From assembly GCF_039654945.1 (NCBI RefSeq), contig NW_027361784.1, positions 21,204,001 to 21,268,000 on the forward strand: a stretch of DNA of 64,000 nt. Reading direction: 5' to 3'. Source of the DNA: Dendrobates tinctorius. Lineage: Eukaryota. Below, piece by piece: positions 43,023 to 54,391 of the stretch (within the stretch, counting starts at the first letter, position 1; each line of letters starts with the position of its first letter). The notes below the pieces were generated by a model, which saw nothing but the letters and a program-made list of their open reading frames with translations, was not told where the DNA came from and did no database searches. Both the position numbers and the translations under genes were made by a program.

Positions 43023-45347
43023 GTAAGTAAATGTAAATCTGCTGTGAGAGCCAAAAGGTAAAATGGGTGAATGTTTTATTTCTTTTATTTGCAGTACTAC
43101 CATAGAGAGAGGGAAGCATTTCATGGAGCCCATTGACATCAGTGGTCTGTGGGTTAATATTCCAGGTGTGCTGGATACTAATGGAGTACCAGTGAAAAGT
43201 TGGATACATCTATTCATGCAATGGCTTTCCTTGTTTTTGTTGGAAAGTGCATATTGTAGATTCAGACTGAAGGCAGCAAATCCACGTAGGAACACATATG
43301 GAAACAATAAATAATGAAACGCATGTCAAACAAACCAAAATGTCTGTTAAATGTTAAATTCCTCAAAATACCTCCCTCTTTTACTCTAATGACAGCTTTA
43401 CATCCCACTGGCATCCGCTCACACAGCTTCATTAGATTGACGCCTGGAATGACTTGCAACAGTCCTGAAGGTGTTCCCAGAGGTGCTGATCACTTGTTGG
43501 CTGCTTTGCATCCAACTCATCCCAAACATCTACATTGGGTTGAGGTCAGTTAATTGTGGAGGCCATGTCATCTGACACAGCCTCCATAGCTCTTTTTTTT
43601 TGGTTATACTGCCCTTAATTAGCCTGGTGATGTGTTTGGGTGGGTCATTGTCCTGTTGCAACTCAAATGGTGGTTCCACTAAGTGCAAACCAGATGGGAT
43701 TACATGTCACTGCAGAATGCTGTGGAGCCCATTCTGAGTGATTTAGCCATGAATTTGGAATAAATCTCCATTAGTATCACCATCAAACCTCCTCCAAACT
43801 TCACGTTGGTCACAAGACTTGTGGTTCCTACACTCCATCCACTCACCTTTTCTGCATCTCTCAAGGACCAGGTGGTTGGTAAGAAAAATTCTCAAATTTT
43901 GATTCCTCAGACCACACTACAGCTTTCCACTGATCTATTGGTCAGTCCTTATGTTGCTTGCCCAATACAAGTTTCCCCTTGTTTGCAGTTTTCAGTAGCG
44001 GCTACTTTGCCACAGTTTGACCATAAAAGCCTGCTAGTTTTTGTCTGTGCATGGTTTATGAGGGTTGTTACTGGAGATGCTGTCAGTTTGAGGTTAATGA
44101 GGCTGGTAACTGATGAACTTATCCTCTGCAGCAGCGGTAATGCTTGGCCTTACTTACTCTGTCGCCTAATAGGGGGACACAGAACCGTGGGTGTTATGCT
44201 GCTGTCCACTAGGAGGCAACACTATGCATAATCTGAAAAAGATTAACTTTGGCTCCTCCTCTGCAGTATACACCCCTGGACGGCGTCAGCCTTCTCCAGT
44301 TTTTGCTTAGTGTCGCAAGGAGGCACACCTTTTTTTCTTCCGTTTTTTTCCTTTTTTCGTCCGGAAATACAGATGAAGAAAAGTGGGTCTCCAGCGAGAC
44401 TCCCGGCACCCTCCTCGGTCCCCTATTAGGGGTACCCGGTTGAGGTCGAGGTGGCTATTCCCCATGTCGCTCCCTCCCCAGTCCCTCGGGTCCTGGTTCG
44501 AGGTCGAGACCCCCCTCCTTCCCCAACCCCTTTAAGGGGTCTGGGTTGAGGTTGAGGTGAAGATGAAGACCCCCTGACGGTGACAGACGCACCCTCCCTA
44601 ATCCCCCGCAGGGGGCATTAGGTTGAGACGCCTCAGGTAGGGTCGGAGATCAGGCAGCATTCCGCAGCTTCCAGGGACCCCAGGCCGGCTGAGGGATCCT
44701 GTTGGGGCCGGGGGAGGGTGCGGACTGGATGGCACAGCAGAGACAGGGCTTTTCTGCGTCCCTGTCTCTGCAACAGCAGCGGCTCCATAGCGCTTCAGGG
44801 GCCCCCCATACAGAAACCGCTACCCCCACCGCTATCCAGTCGACCATTCTGGGGGGGTCTGGTACCAATCCGCCTCCCCCCCCGGACTACCGCGCCGCTC
44901 TGGAGCCCTCCTGGGCATCAGGCCTCTAATTTAGACCGCGGCTTCGGCCTAGCCGAAGCCGCCGCCTTTTCCCCGCCCCCCGGCCCGCTCCCCGGATGAC
45001 TAAAATGACACACTGGAGTGTCATAGAAGGGGCGGATTGAGGCAGAAAGGGCGCGTTTTTACACAGCCCAACGCGCCCTTTTCAGCTCTCCGCCCCCTCC
45101 TCCCTCTCCTCAGAGTCCCGGTGGCCATTTTTTCTGGATGAGATCCAGGAGAGGAGCATCACAGCGGTCTCCGGGGGGCACAGAACTGGGATCTGTCGGC
45201 GCTGGACCTAGGGGCACACCGGTGGGGTAAGCTCACAGCTGGGTTCTCATTACTCAGCTGTGAATCCATACTTCCTATAAGGCTCTCTGTGGGTTCCCTC
45301 TGCGTAGCCACCCCTGTACGATCCCTTATAGCCAGCCTCTGTGCACT

Positions 45348-46919
45348 ATGCCGGGCTCAAGGAAGAGAACCAGGCAGGAATGTTTCTATGCATTCTGCAC
45401 AGCCTGCAAAGCCACGCTCCCTAGTGGTAGCACATATCCGCACTGCCGGGACTGCATCCAGAACTCTGGGTCAGAACACAAGGGAGTCCCTACTGACGCT
45501 TCAGTGTCACAGGCCACGCCGGAATGGGCAACTCAGATGTCTCAGTCTATGTCACAGTCCATAGACAACCTAACTGCCACATTGCTGCAAGCTCTGCAGA
45601 GTCGGGCCCCGGCTATGGACGGTACACAGCAAACGGACAGCTTGTCTCAGGAACATGCTGCTTCCGACTCTCACAGACGTAAGCGGACCCACAGGTCTCG
45701 ATCACCTGAGTCGCACTATAGCACAAGGTCGTCCCCCTCCAGGGAGAGACAGCGTCATTCTAGGTCTCCTGGGCAGTCCCCTGCCACAGACAGACAGTGC
45801 AATTTACCACAGGGATCCCCCACCACAGAAGACCCCCGCCCCAGGTCGCCCTCCAGGGATCTCTTTAGCGAGGCACAGGATTCGGAGGGCATCTGTGACT
45901 CCGACTCAGATAACGAAATGGTCAGGTCCGTGGTACCTTCTCCCCCTAGCAATACAGCGCTAGTTGAGGACATAATTTCTGCCATTCATCTGGTGCTAAA
46001 AATTCCAGAGTCTGCCCCGGAAGTCCCAGAACATAGGATTTGCTTCGAAAGTGTTCAGAAACCACCTAAGGTCTTCCCTAATCACCATGAGTTTGAGAAA
46101 ATACTTACCAAACAGTTTGCGCAGCCTGAGAAAAAATTCGCTAATAGCAAATATTTGGAAGCGAAGTACCCCTTCCCACAGAAAGACACCAAACAATGGA
46201 CAGATCCACCTGAAGTGGACCCTCCGGTTTCTAGGCTAGCAGCGCAGACTTTACTCTCTCTGCCGGATAGCTCAACCCTCAGGGACGCAGCAGACCGGCA
46301 AGTAGAACGCATGGCTCGTTCTATTTTCGAAGCGGCAGGCGCCTCTCTGGGCCCTGCGTTTGCTTCAGTTTGGGCAGCCAAGGCCATCCTGGCTTGGGCC
46401 AAAAAACTACAGGAGGGTCTTCAGGCTTCAAATCCTGAGCTCTCGGACCAAGCGGTCCAGATAGCAGTGGTAGCAGACTACATGATTCATGCAGCCCTGG
46501 ATTCCGCCAGAGGTGTAGCGGGAATAGCATCAAACGCCATCACGATCCGACGCATCCTCTGGCTGCGAGAATGGAAAGCGGATGCGGCCTCAAAGAAGTC
46601 CCTCACGCGACTTCCGTATTTTACTGGAAGACTTTTCGGCGAAAAGTTGGACACCATGATAGCCAATGCCACTGGGGGTAAGAGTACCTCTCTCCCTCAA
46701 CTAAAACCGAAACGCACGTTTAAACGAAGAAACCAGACGCGATTCCGATCCTTTCGGAATTCCTTGGGCTGGTCCGTTTCGCGCCCAGTGCAAAACCGTA
46801 ACCGTTCTCCACGCAGAGACAACCCACGGACACAGCAGCGACCGGACAGGGCTTGGCAGTCGAAAGCAGGCCAAGCGAAACCCAAGGGAGGAAAACCTCA
46901 GAACTTCGCTTCATCATGA
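45348..46919 (+). CDS. DIRS D gag-like ORF1, 523 aa, intact
   Basis: CTAC...CRDC, TPEWATQMSQSM, LAP2alpha-like C-terminal region; ends TCA TGA. Confidence 0.92.
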   Translation: MPGSRKRTRQECFYAFCTACKATLPSGSTYPHCRDCIQNSGSEHKGVPTDASVSQATPEWATQMSQSMSQSIDNLTATLLQALQSRAPAMDGTQQTDSLSQEHAASDSHRRKRTHRSRSPESHYSTRSSPSRERQRHSRSPGQSPATDRQCNLPQGSPTTEDPRPRSPSRDLFSEAQDSEGICDSDSDNEMVRSVVPSPPSNTALVEDIISAIHLVLKIPESAPEVPEHRICFESVQKPPKVFPNHHEFEKILTKQFAQPEKKFANSKYLEAKYPFPQKDTKQWTDPPEVDPPVSRLAAQTLLSLPDSSTLRDAADRQVERMARSIFEAAGASLGPAFASVWAAKAILAWAKKLQEGLQASNPELSDQAVQIAVVADYMIHAALDSARGVAGIASNAITIRRILWLREWKADAASKKSLTRLPYFTGRLFGEKLDTMIANATGGKSTSLPQLKPKRTFKRRNQTRFRSFRNSLGWSVSRPVQNRNRSPRRDNPRTQQRPDRAWQSKAGQAKPKGGKPQNFASS

Positions 46920-48771
46920 CTCGCGACCTCCGGAAGACACCCCACCAGTAGGCGGCCGACTTTTACTCTTTCAGCAAGTGTGGCTGCCTATTACAGAAGA
47001 CAGGTGGGTCAGGGAAATAGTGTCTTCTGGATACAAGATAGCGTTCACTTCCGTTCCACCGAACCGGTTCTTCCTTTCTATTCCTCCAACACCACCAGAA
47101 AAGGCTCGTGCTTTCCACCAAGCGGTTTCCTCTCTCCTTCAATCAGGAGTTGTGGTGCCGGTTCCCGCGAACGAGAGATTCCGAGGATTCTACTCAAATT
47201 TGTTCGTAGTCCCCAAGAAAGGAGGCGGCGTCCGACCCATACTGGACCTAAAACAGCTCAACAATTACGTACGGGTCCGTCATTTCCGCATGGAGTACCT
47301 CCGGTCCATCATTGCATCCATGGACCAGGGAGAATACCTCGCCTCCATAGACATACAGGATGCGCATCTCCACATACCAATTGCTCCCGCCCACCAAAGG
47401 TTTCTCAGGTTCGCGGTCAACCAAAACCACTACCAGTTTGTCGCCCTTCCGTTCGGACTCGCCACGGCTCCAAGAACGTTCACCAAAGTCATGGCGGCCA
47501 CCATGGACGTCCTGCACTCAAGAGGCATCCTAGTCGTCCCGTACCTGGACGACCTCCTCATCAAGTCTCCCACTTTCAAAGACTGCGAGGTCAGTGTCTC
47601 AATCACAATAGACACACTGAGTCGCCTGGGATGGCTAGTCAACCTACAGAAATCGTCGACTATCCCAACTCGGACTCTAAGATTCCTGGGAATGGTATTT
47701 GACACCGCCAGGGGCCTGGTGCTCCTTCCCAAGGACAAGACACTGGCCATCCATCTGGGAGTTCGCACACTCCTTCGCAGTCCTCCTCGATCTCTCCGGT
47801 TTGCCATGAGAGTCCTCGGCAGGATGGCAGCAGCAATAGAGGCAGTGCCATTTGCCCAGTTTCACCTCAGGGTCCTTCAACTAGCCTTAATCAGATCTTG
47901 GGACAGGAACCCCTTCTCCCTCGACAGGTCCCTGCATTGGTGGCTCAAACCAACCTCGCTTACACGAGGGAAGCCCTTTCTCTCAGGACAATGGAAGATC
48001 CTGACTACCGATGCAAGCCTGACAGGCTGGGGGGCGGTGCACCTACATCACAGGGCACAGGGCAAGTGGTCACCGAGGGAAGTGACATTGCCCATCAATG
48101 TTCTGGAAATCAGGGCCTTTCATCACTTGCTTGCAGCCTCGCACATACGGATACAGTCGGACAATGCCACGGCTGTGGCATACGTGAACCACCAAGGCGG
48201 GACCCGCAGCGCCCAGGCGATGAGAGAAGTGGCTCATATCCTCCGCTGGGCGGAAGACACGAGGTCGGTACTTTCTGCAGTACACATTCCGGGTGTAGAA
48301 AACTGGGAAGCCGACTTCCTCAGCAGGCAAGGAATGGACTCGGGGGAGTGGTCTCTCCATCCCGAGATTTTTTACCAGATCTGTCAACCCTGGGGAACCC
48401 CGGAGGTGGACCTAATGGCATCCCATCTCAATACCAAGGTCCCCAATTTCATGGCCAGGACACACGACCCGCGGTCGCTCGGAGCGGATGCCCTGGTCCA
48501 GGACTGGTCCCAGTTCCAACTCCTGTACATTTTTCCACCCCTCCCCCTAATCGCCAGGGTCGTGAGGAAGATCAAGCAAGAGGGAGTTCCGACCATCCTC
48601 ATCGCGCCAGACTGGCCCAGACGTACATGGTACGCCGACATCGTCCAACTTACGGCAGACGCCCCCTGGCGTCTACCTGACCGTCACGACCTTCTGTCTC
48701 AAGGTCCGTTCTTCCACCAGAATTCAGGGGCTCTCAATTTGACGGCATGGCCCTTGAAACCTGGATTCTAA
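46918..48771 (+). CDS. DIRS D RT/RNase H/MT-like ORF (+1 frame; no ATG before the RT core; two in-frame deletions)
   Basis: VGGRL, FYSNLFVVPKK, LPFGL, YLDD, TTDAS, QSDN, YIFPP, APDWP. Confidence 0.88.
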   Translation, partial: DSRPPEDTPPVGGRLLLFQQVWLPITEDRWVREIVSSGYKIAFTSVPPNRFFLSIPPTPPEKARAFHQAVSSLLQSGVVVPVPANERFRGFYSNLFVVPKKGGGVRPILDLKQLNNYVRVRHFRMEYLRSIIASMDQGEYLASIDIQDAHLHIPIAPAHQRFLRFAVNQNHYQFVALPFGLATAPRTFTKVMAATMDVLHSRGILVVPYLDDLLIKSPTFKDCEVSVSITIDTLSRLGWLVNLQKSSTIPTRTLRFLGMVFDTARGLVLLPKDKTLAIHLGVRTLLRSPPRSLRFAMRVLGRMAAAIEAVPFAQFHLRVLQLALIRSWDRNPFSLDRSLHWWLKPTSLTRGKPFLSGQWKILTTDASLTGWGAVHLHHRAQGKWSPREVTLPINVLEIRAFHHLLAASHIRIQSDNATAVAYVNHQGGTRSAQAMREVAHILRWAEDTRSVLSAVHIPGVENWEADFLSRQGMDSGEWSLHPEIFYQICQPWGTPEVDLMASHLNTKVPNFMARTHDPRSLGADALVQDWSQFQLLYIFPPLPLIARVVRKIKQEGVPTILIAPDWPRRTWYADIVQLTADAPWRLPDRHDLLSQGPFFHQNSGALNLTAWPLKPGF

Positions 48772-49788
48772 CCCAGGCAGGTTTTTCACCGGCAGTCATT
48801 GCAACTATGATCAGGGCAAGGAAGCCTGCCTCCGCCAAGCTCTATTATCGTACCTGGAGAGCTTTCTTTTCTTGGTGCGAATCTCATGGACAAGTCCCAC
48901 TCCCTTATTCCCTCCTGAAGGTACTAGGTTTTCTTCAATCGGGCCTAGATGCCAAGCTATCCTTAAGTTCGCTTAAGAGTCAGGTGTCGGCGCTTTCAGT
49001 CCTTTTTCAAAAGCGCATTGCTATTAAACCGCAAGTAAGGACTTTCATCCAGGGAGTTTCCCGATTGGTTCCTCCCTACAAACGTCCGTTGGATACGTGG
49101 GACCTCAATCTGGTCCTGACAGCATTGCAAGCTCCACCCTTCGAACCTCAGAGGAGTTCCACTCTCCATTCTGTCTCAGAAAGTGTTTTTTCTAGTGGCG
49201 ATCACCTCGTTACGCAGAGTGTCGGAATTGTCAGCACTTTCCTGCAGACGGCCTTTCCTAGCCTTTCACCAGGACAAGGTGGTTCTCCGCACGGTACCAT
49301 CCTTCCTTCCGAAGGTTGTGTCCAACTTTCACCTCAATGAGGAGATTTCACTGCCATCCCTTTGCCCGGTTCCGGTTCATAGAGTGGAGAAGGCTCTGCA
49401 TACGCTTGACCTCGTCAGAGCATTGCGGATTTACGTGTCCAGGACTGCACCTTTCCGGAAGTCTGATTCCCTCTTCATTCTTCCAGAAGGTAGTCGCCAG
49501 GGACTGCCGGCTTCCAAGGCTACCCTTGCCAGGTGGATCAAGTCCACCATACATGAGGCCTACCGACTTAACAGTTCCCCTCTTCCGGCCGGTATCACGG
49601 CACACTCTACACGGGCAGTAGGGGCCTCCTGGGCCATTCGGCATCAGGCTTCGGCACAACAAGTGTGTAAGGCGGCCACTTGGACTAGCCTACACACGTT
49701 TACGAAACACTACAGTGTTCATACCCAGTCCTCAGCGGATGCGAGCCTGGGTAGACTGGTTCTGCAGGCGGCAGTACCCCAAGTCTAG
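46920..49788 (+). pseudogene. DIRS D tyrosine recombinase ORF (gag frame), two TGA stops and one frameshift
   Basis: Stops at 47700-47702 and 48678-48680; frameshift near 49148; SLRRVSEL, FLPKV, AHSTR and FTKHY retained. Confidence 0.9.
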
Positions 49789-52226
49789 GGAACTGTCAAC
49801 ACAATATTCGTCCACTGCTTCCCACCCAGGGACTGCTTTGGGACGTCCCACGGTTCTGTGTCCCCCAATTAGGCGACAGAGTAAAGGAGATTTTTGTGTA
49901 CTCACCGTAAAATCTCTTTCTCTTTGCCTTTAATTGGGGGACACAGCTCCCACCCTGTTGCCCTTACGGGCCGTTGTTTACTGTTGAGTTCTCATATTGT
50001 TCTTTGAGCTCGTACATAGTAGCCTTCTTACAGGCATGGTTATGTTATTTGGTTACGTTCCTCCTTATGCTTTGGCACAAAACTGGAGAAGGCTGACGCC
50101 GTCCAGGGGTGTATACTGCAGAGGAGGAGCCAAAGTTAATCTTTTTCAGATTATGCATAGTGTCGCCTCCTAGTGGACAGCAGCATAACACCCACGGCTC
50201 TGTGTCCCCCAATTAAAGGCTAAGAGAAAGAGATTTTACGGTGAGTACACAAAAATCTCCTTTTCTTGGTGCGGTCTTCTTGAGAGCAAGTTTCCACATA
50301 ATGATAATTAGTTTCCTTGACTTCATTTGAGGATACCTTCAAGTTTCTAGTAATTTTCTGGATTGACTGACCTTCACGTCTTAAAATAACAATGGATTGT
50401 GGTTTCTTTTTGCTTCGTTGACTGGATCTTGCATATTATGGCTAAGAACAGTTGTGGACTAAGGCTCAGCAATGTATGGAGCTGTGTACCATCGCTGCCT
50501 ACCCAAAACACACCTGATGGTCACAAACACTTTCTGAAAGTCAAAGATTTCATAAGTTAACTCGTGATAAGTCATAAATGTTCATTCCAGGCGACAACCC
50601 TATGAAGGTGCGTGAGACATTGACAAGAGGGTGTAAAGCTGTCATTAGAGTAAAAGTGGGATAGTGTGAGCAATCTTGGGTGGAACACATATTTTGGTTT
50701 GTTTCACACATCTTTTTTTACTTCTTGTTTCCATTTGTTTACCTTTGCGGTTTTGCTGCGTACGGTCTGAATCTACAATGTGCACATTACAATTAAAATA
50801 AAAAAAAATCGTTGGATGAACAGCGCGTGTCCAAACTTTTGACCAGTACTATAGATCCAGTGTGTTAAAATCGTTTTTCAGGGTTGAGAAGTGACACACA
50901 AGACACACAAGATGCTAAATACTGCAGAAGAATGGGAGGGGGAAATGTCATTCAGTCGCGCTGCCTGGCCCTTGCTGGTTTGATTGATATCCCTTTGCAG
51001 ATGTTTTTATAGGCCCAGTTCATCAAAGGTTTTACTCCAGAATTCTGGGATAAAAAGCTGTGAAAGTCACAAAGTTTTGTTTCAGCATTTTTGTTCTGTT
51101 CCGACAGGTTGGTGGCAACCCTAGTCATTAAATTTGTGATGAGCTACCTTCCATGCACTCTTGATTCGTTAATGAATCGGGAGCATCTTACTCCAGCATG
51201 TCCTTTCATCAAGATGGGTGTGATGAATTGGGGTCTATGTCCTGCACTAGGGTTACTTAATGGGTAAAAGGGCTTAATAGGTTCCCATTAAAGGGTTCAT
51301 CCAATATATGCCAAAGTCTGCCATACATGTATAGGATCCTATACGTTTGAATTTTACTTTTCGTTTCATTAATTATATTTTCATCAGATAATATAGACTA
51401 CCACTCTATTTTTTTTGCATTGTGCCAACATGAGCAGATGCGTTTGGCCTACATCATGTTAGTCTTGAAAGATTCTAAACACCTTTGACCTAGGGAAAAA
51501 ATAATTTTGTTGTCTTCATTCCTTCCTAAGTTCATTGTTGCAGTTTTCAGCCTGATCCAAGTTTTAGATTTTCTCCTATGCGAGTGTCTCTCCCAGTAAT
51601 ATAGGCTGGTTGTGAACTGTGTGTGTATCCAGCGTGTTGCTGTCTTCATTAGCTCATAATTTAGCACAGCTTCTATTCTGCATGGATTTTTCCATTTATA
51701 GTTTCTTTGTCGCAAGTTTTTTATTGCTCTCCCTTAGACACTTTTTCTTTCCTCTTCTGCAAAAAGCTGCGTACAACTCCTTCCTAGCTGCTGTCTTTGA
51801 TACTGAGAGGAGGGAGCCAAGAAAGTTATCGGGAACAGGAGCTCTGACGGGTTTTTAACATTTTTATACACTCCTTGACAGAAGTTATGTCGCTTCTCCA
51901 TGTTATGTAAATAAAAGCTTATAACCTGACATTAAATTCATCCATTGGTTGTATAAATTATTCTTTTGAAAACTGAAACCCTCTGAAATGTGGTTTCAGT
52001 TAAGAATATAAATTGTCATGAATGCAGAAATATTGATCATTTAATGGATACAGAATGGTCAGATTTTGGCAAGACAAAAGTTTTGTCGCCTGGTCATATA
52101 ATGCACCCAATCCTAGTTTACATCCTCACCTGTGCTCAGTAAATGATCGGTTGATTAGTGGGTGTGTATAAAAAGAAACCCAGCACCCCAGACCTTCACT
52201 TGAGCTGCAACTTGAGCTCTGACAAC

Positions 52227-54040
52227 ATGCCAAAAATCCACCCTGCGACCAAAGCCTGGATTATCAAGAGGCTGAAGACCAGATCCACTGCAGAGATGGC
52301 TGGCACCTTTAATGTGTCTCAGCGGCAAGTACAAAGAATTAAAAAAGATTAGAAGAGAATGGAGATGTGTTTCACAAGCCCAGGTCCGGCAGACCCCGCA
52401 AGATAACTGCTCAGGAGGAACGTTTGTTTGTTAGAAAATCCAAAGCAAGCCCCTCTCCCACTGCAGCAGAGCTCCAACAGGCCTGGTCACCTCAAGTCCC
52501 TGTGTCAACTAGAACAGTTTGTAGGATTCTGTCTCGAAATGGCCTCCGAGGTCGAATCAGTGCCCAGAAGCCAGTGTTAGGAACGGCGTAACGCAATAAA
52601 TAAATAATAAAGTGCGTTTGCCACTCGGGGTCCACCGTGCAGAAGGTGTTAACACTGCTGCTGAATAATGGCAGACGCGCTATATGGCGGTATAACGCGC
52701 ACGGGTTAAACGCCACCTGATGTGCACTGAGCTGACTCTGTTAGCTCACAGAGGCGCTGTAACATAAACGCCGAGCCTGTTAGACTCACAGGTCTCAGCG
52801 AAATTGGACGCGTGGCATCCGGTCACAGGACACGGGCCCAAGGCTGAGGTCGGTGTCTGTCTAGACCTAACGTGCATGCGGCCTCACTACCGCGGACGTC
52901 GGTTAGTGCTGCTGACTGCAGCGCGGCAGCAAACACAGCCGCTATACGATAGTGCCGTGAGACGTGACACAATCGGACGCTAGTGTAGAGGTGCGGTGTG
53001 CACAGTGGCCTATGGCTTGTCACTGACTGGCGCTGACTCTTTCTCTAGTTCCCTATCCACATGCATAATATCAGAGGGAGGGGAATCATAATAAGTCAGT
53101 CACCAGACTCGTACATCCATCACCATTCACACATCTAGCAAGTAAAGTCTATACTAGCGCATGGCCTTTTATAGCTGTGCACTGCTGGGACCTTCCAGAT
53201 CTCTTGAGATGGACCAATCATATCTGGAGAAGGACCTGAGCACGTGACTCCTGACCTCCAATGAGAGATCGTCTCGTGAGCAGGCTCAGTGGAGCGGCAG
53301 AGGGACTTAGCCTCAGGAATGGCTTGCTGCAGAGCAGCATGTGAGGCTCTGGATTCCGGTTGTGTCGCTGCAGGAATCCGACGCCTAACAGCCAGCACTA
53401 AACAAAAGGCAAATAAAAAACCGTGTGGCATTTGCAAAGTCCCACAGCCTGCTAAACAGACGCTGGAAAAATGGCAGAAGCTGGGTTTCTCTGATGAATC
53501 TTCAGTAGAATTACACCACAGCTGCCGCAAATACTGTCGGAGACCTACTGGAACCTGTATGGATCCAAAATACACCCAGAAAACAGTTAAATTTGGTGGT
53601 GGAAAGATCATAGTCTGGGGATACATTCAGTATGGGGATGTGCGAAGCATTTGCAAGGTGGAAGGCAATATCAATAGCCTAAAATATCAAGAAGTATTAG
53701 CTACCTCTTATATTGCAAATCATAAAAGGGGTCAAATTCTGCAGCAGGATGGCGCTCCATCTCATACATCCAGCTCTACAACAAAGTTCCTCCAGGCAAA
53801 AAAGATCAAGGTGCTCAAGGACTGGCCAGCCCAGTCACCAGACATGAACATCATTGAGCATGTTTGGGGTAGTATGAAAGAGGAAGCTTGGAAGACAAAA
53901 CCAAAGAATCTAGATGAACTCTGGGAGACATGATTGCATTCTTTGCTATTCCTGATGACTTCATTAATAAATTGTATGAATCATTGTTGAACCGCATGGA
54001 TGCAATCTTTCAAGCTCATGGAAGTCACACAAAGTATTAA
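52227..54040 (+). pseudogene. Tc1-like transposase, frameshifted and interrupted by a solo LTR
   Basis: MPKIHPATKAWII..., RSGRPRK, FSDES, QQDGAPSH, SPDMNIIEH; 35 residues between the second D and E; ends HGSHTKY*. Confidence 0.9.
52575..53390 (-). mobile_element. solo LTR (816 bp) of an LTR retrotransposon
   Basis: TGTTAGG...CCTAACA termini; 5-bp TSD GCCAG (52570-52574, 53391-53395); minus-strand TATAAAA near 53170 suggests the orientation. Confidence 0.88.
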
Positions 54041-54391
54041 ATATGACTCTAATTGCACCACAACGTCATTCACCAATGTTATGCAACACACATCTGTATT
54101 TTAAATTAATTATTTGTTTGAATATCACATTACTTTCTGTGGCCGACAAAACCTTTGTCTTGCCAAAATCTGACCATTCTGTGTCCATTAAATGATCAAT
54201 ATTTCTGCATTGATGCCAATTTATTTTCTTAGCCTAAACCACATTTTGGAGGGTTTCAGCTTTCAAAAGAATAATTTATATAACCAATGGATGAATTTAA
54301 CGTCAGCTTATTAGCTTTTCTTTACATAACATGGATAAGCGACATAACTTCTGTCAGGGAGTGTAAAAGCACTGTGCTACTTAAAAGCATA

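Larger units (their letters stand above)
44154..50263 (+). mobile_element. DIRS1-type retrotransposon copy D, full length, lightly mutated
   Basis: Left ITR to ~44303, ICR ~49847-49946, right ITR ~50079-50214 plus extension ending AAAAATCTCC-TTT. Confidence 0.96.
43184..50851 (-). mobile_element. decayed Tc1-like element with long TIRs, split by DIRS D
   Basis: Inverted ends GAGTACCAGTGAAAAGTTGGATAC / GTGTCCAAACTTTTGACCAGTACT with ~250 bp of degenerate inverted homology; sequence is collinear across the DIRS insertion (GGCCTTAC-TT-TCTTGG). Confidence 0.8.
51869..54363 (+). mobile_element. Tc1/mariner element, DD35E type, full length with long TIRs
   Basis: TA duplication; TIRs CACTCCTTGACAGAAGTTATGTCGC... 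/ ...GCGACATAACTTCTGTCAGGGAGTG (~220 bp). Confidence 0.93.

Noticed and set aside
46960-46980. TTCAG acceptor near the RT start as a conserved pol splice site
   Set aside because: The AG phase differs between D and B/C, it is absent in E, and it is explained by the conserved Phe codon.
53289-53933. 214-aa ORF as a novel chimeric protein
   Set aside because: An accidental read from the solo LTR into a frameshifted transposase fragment.
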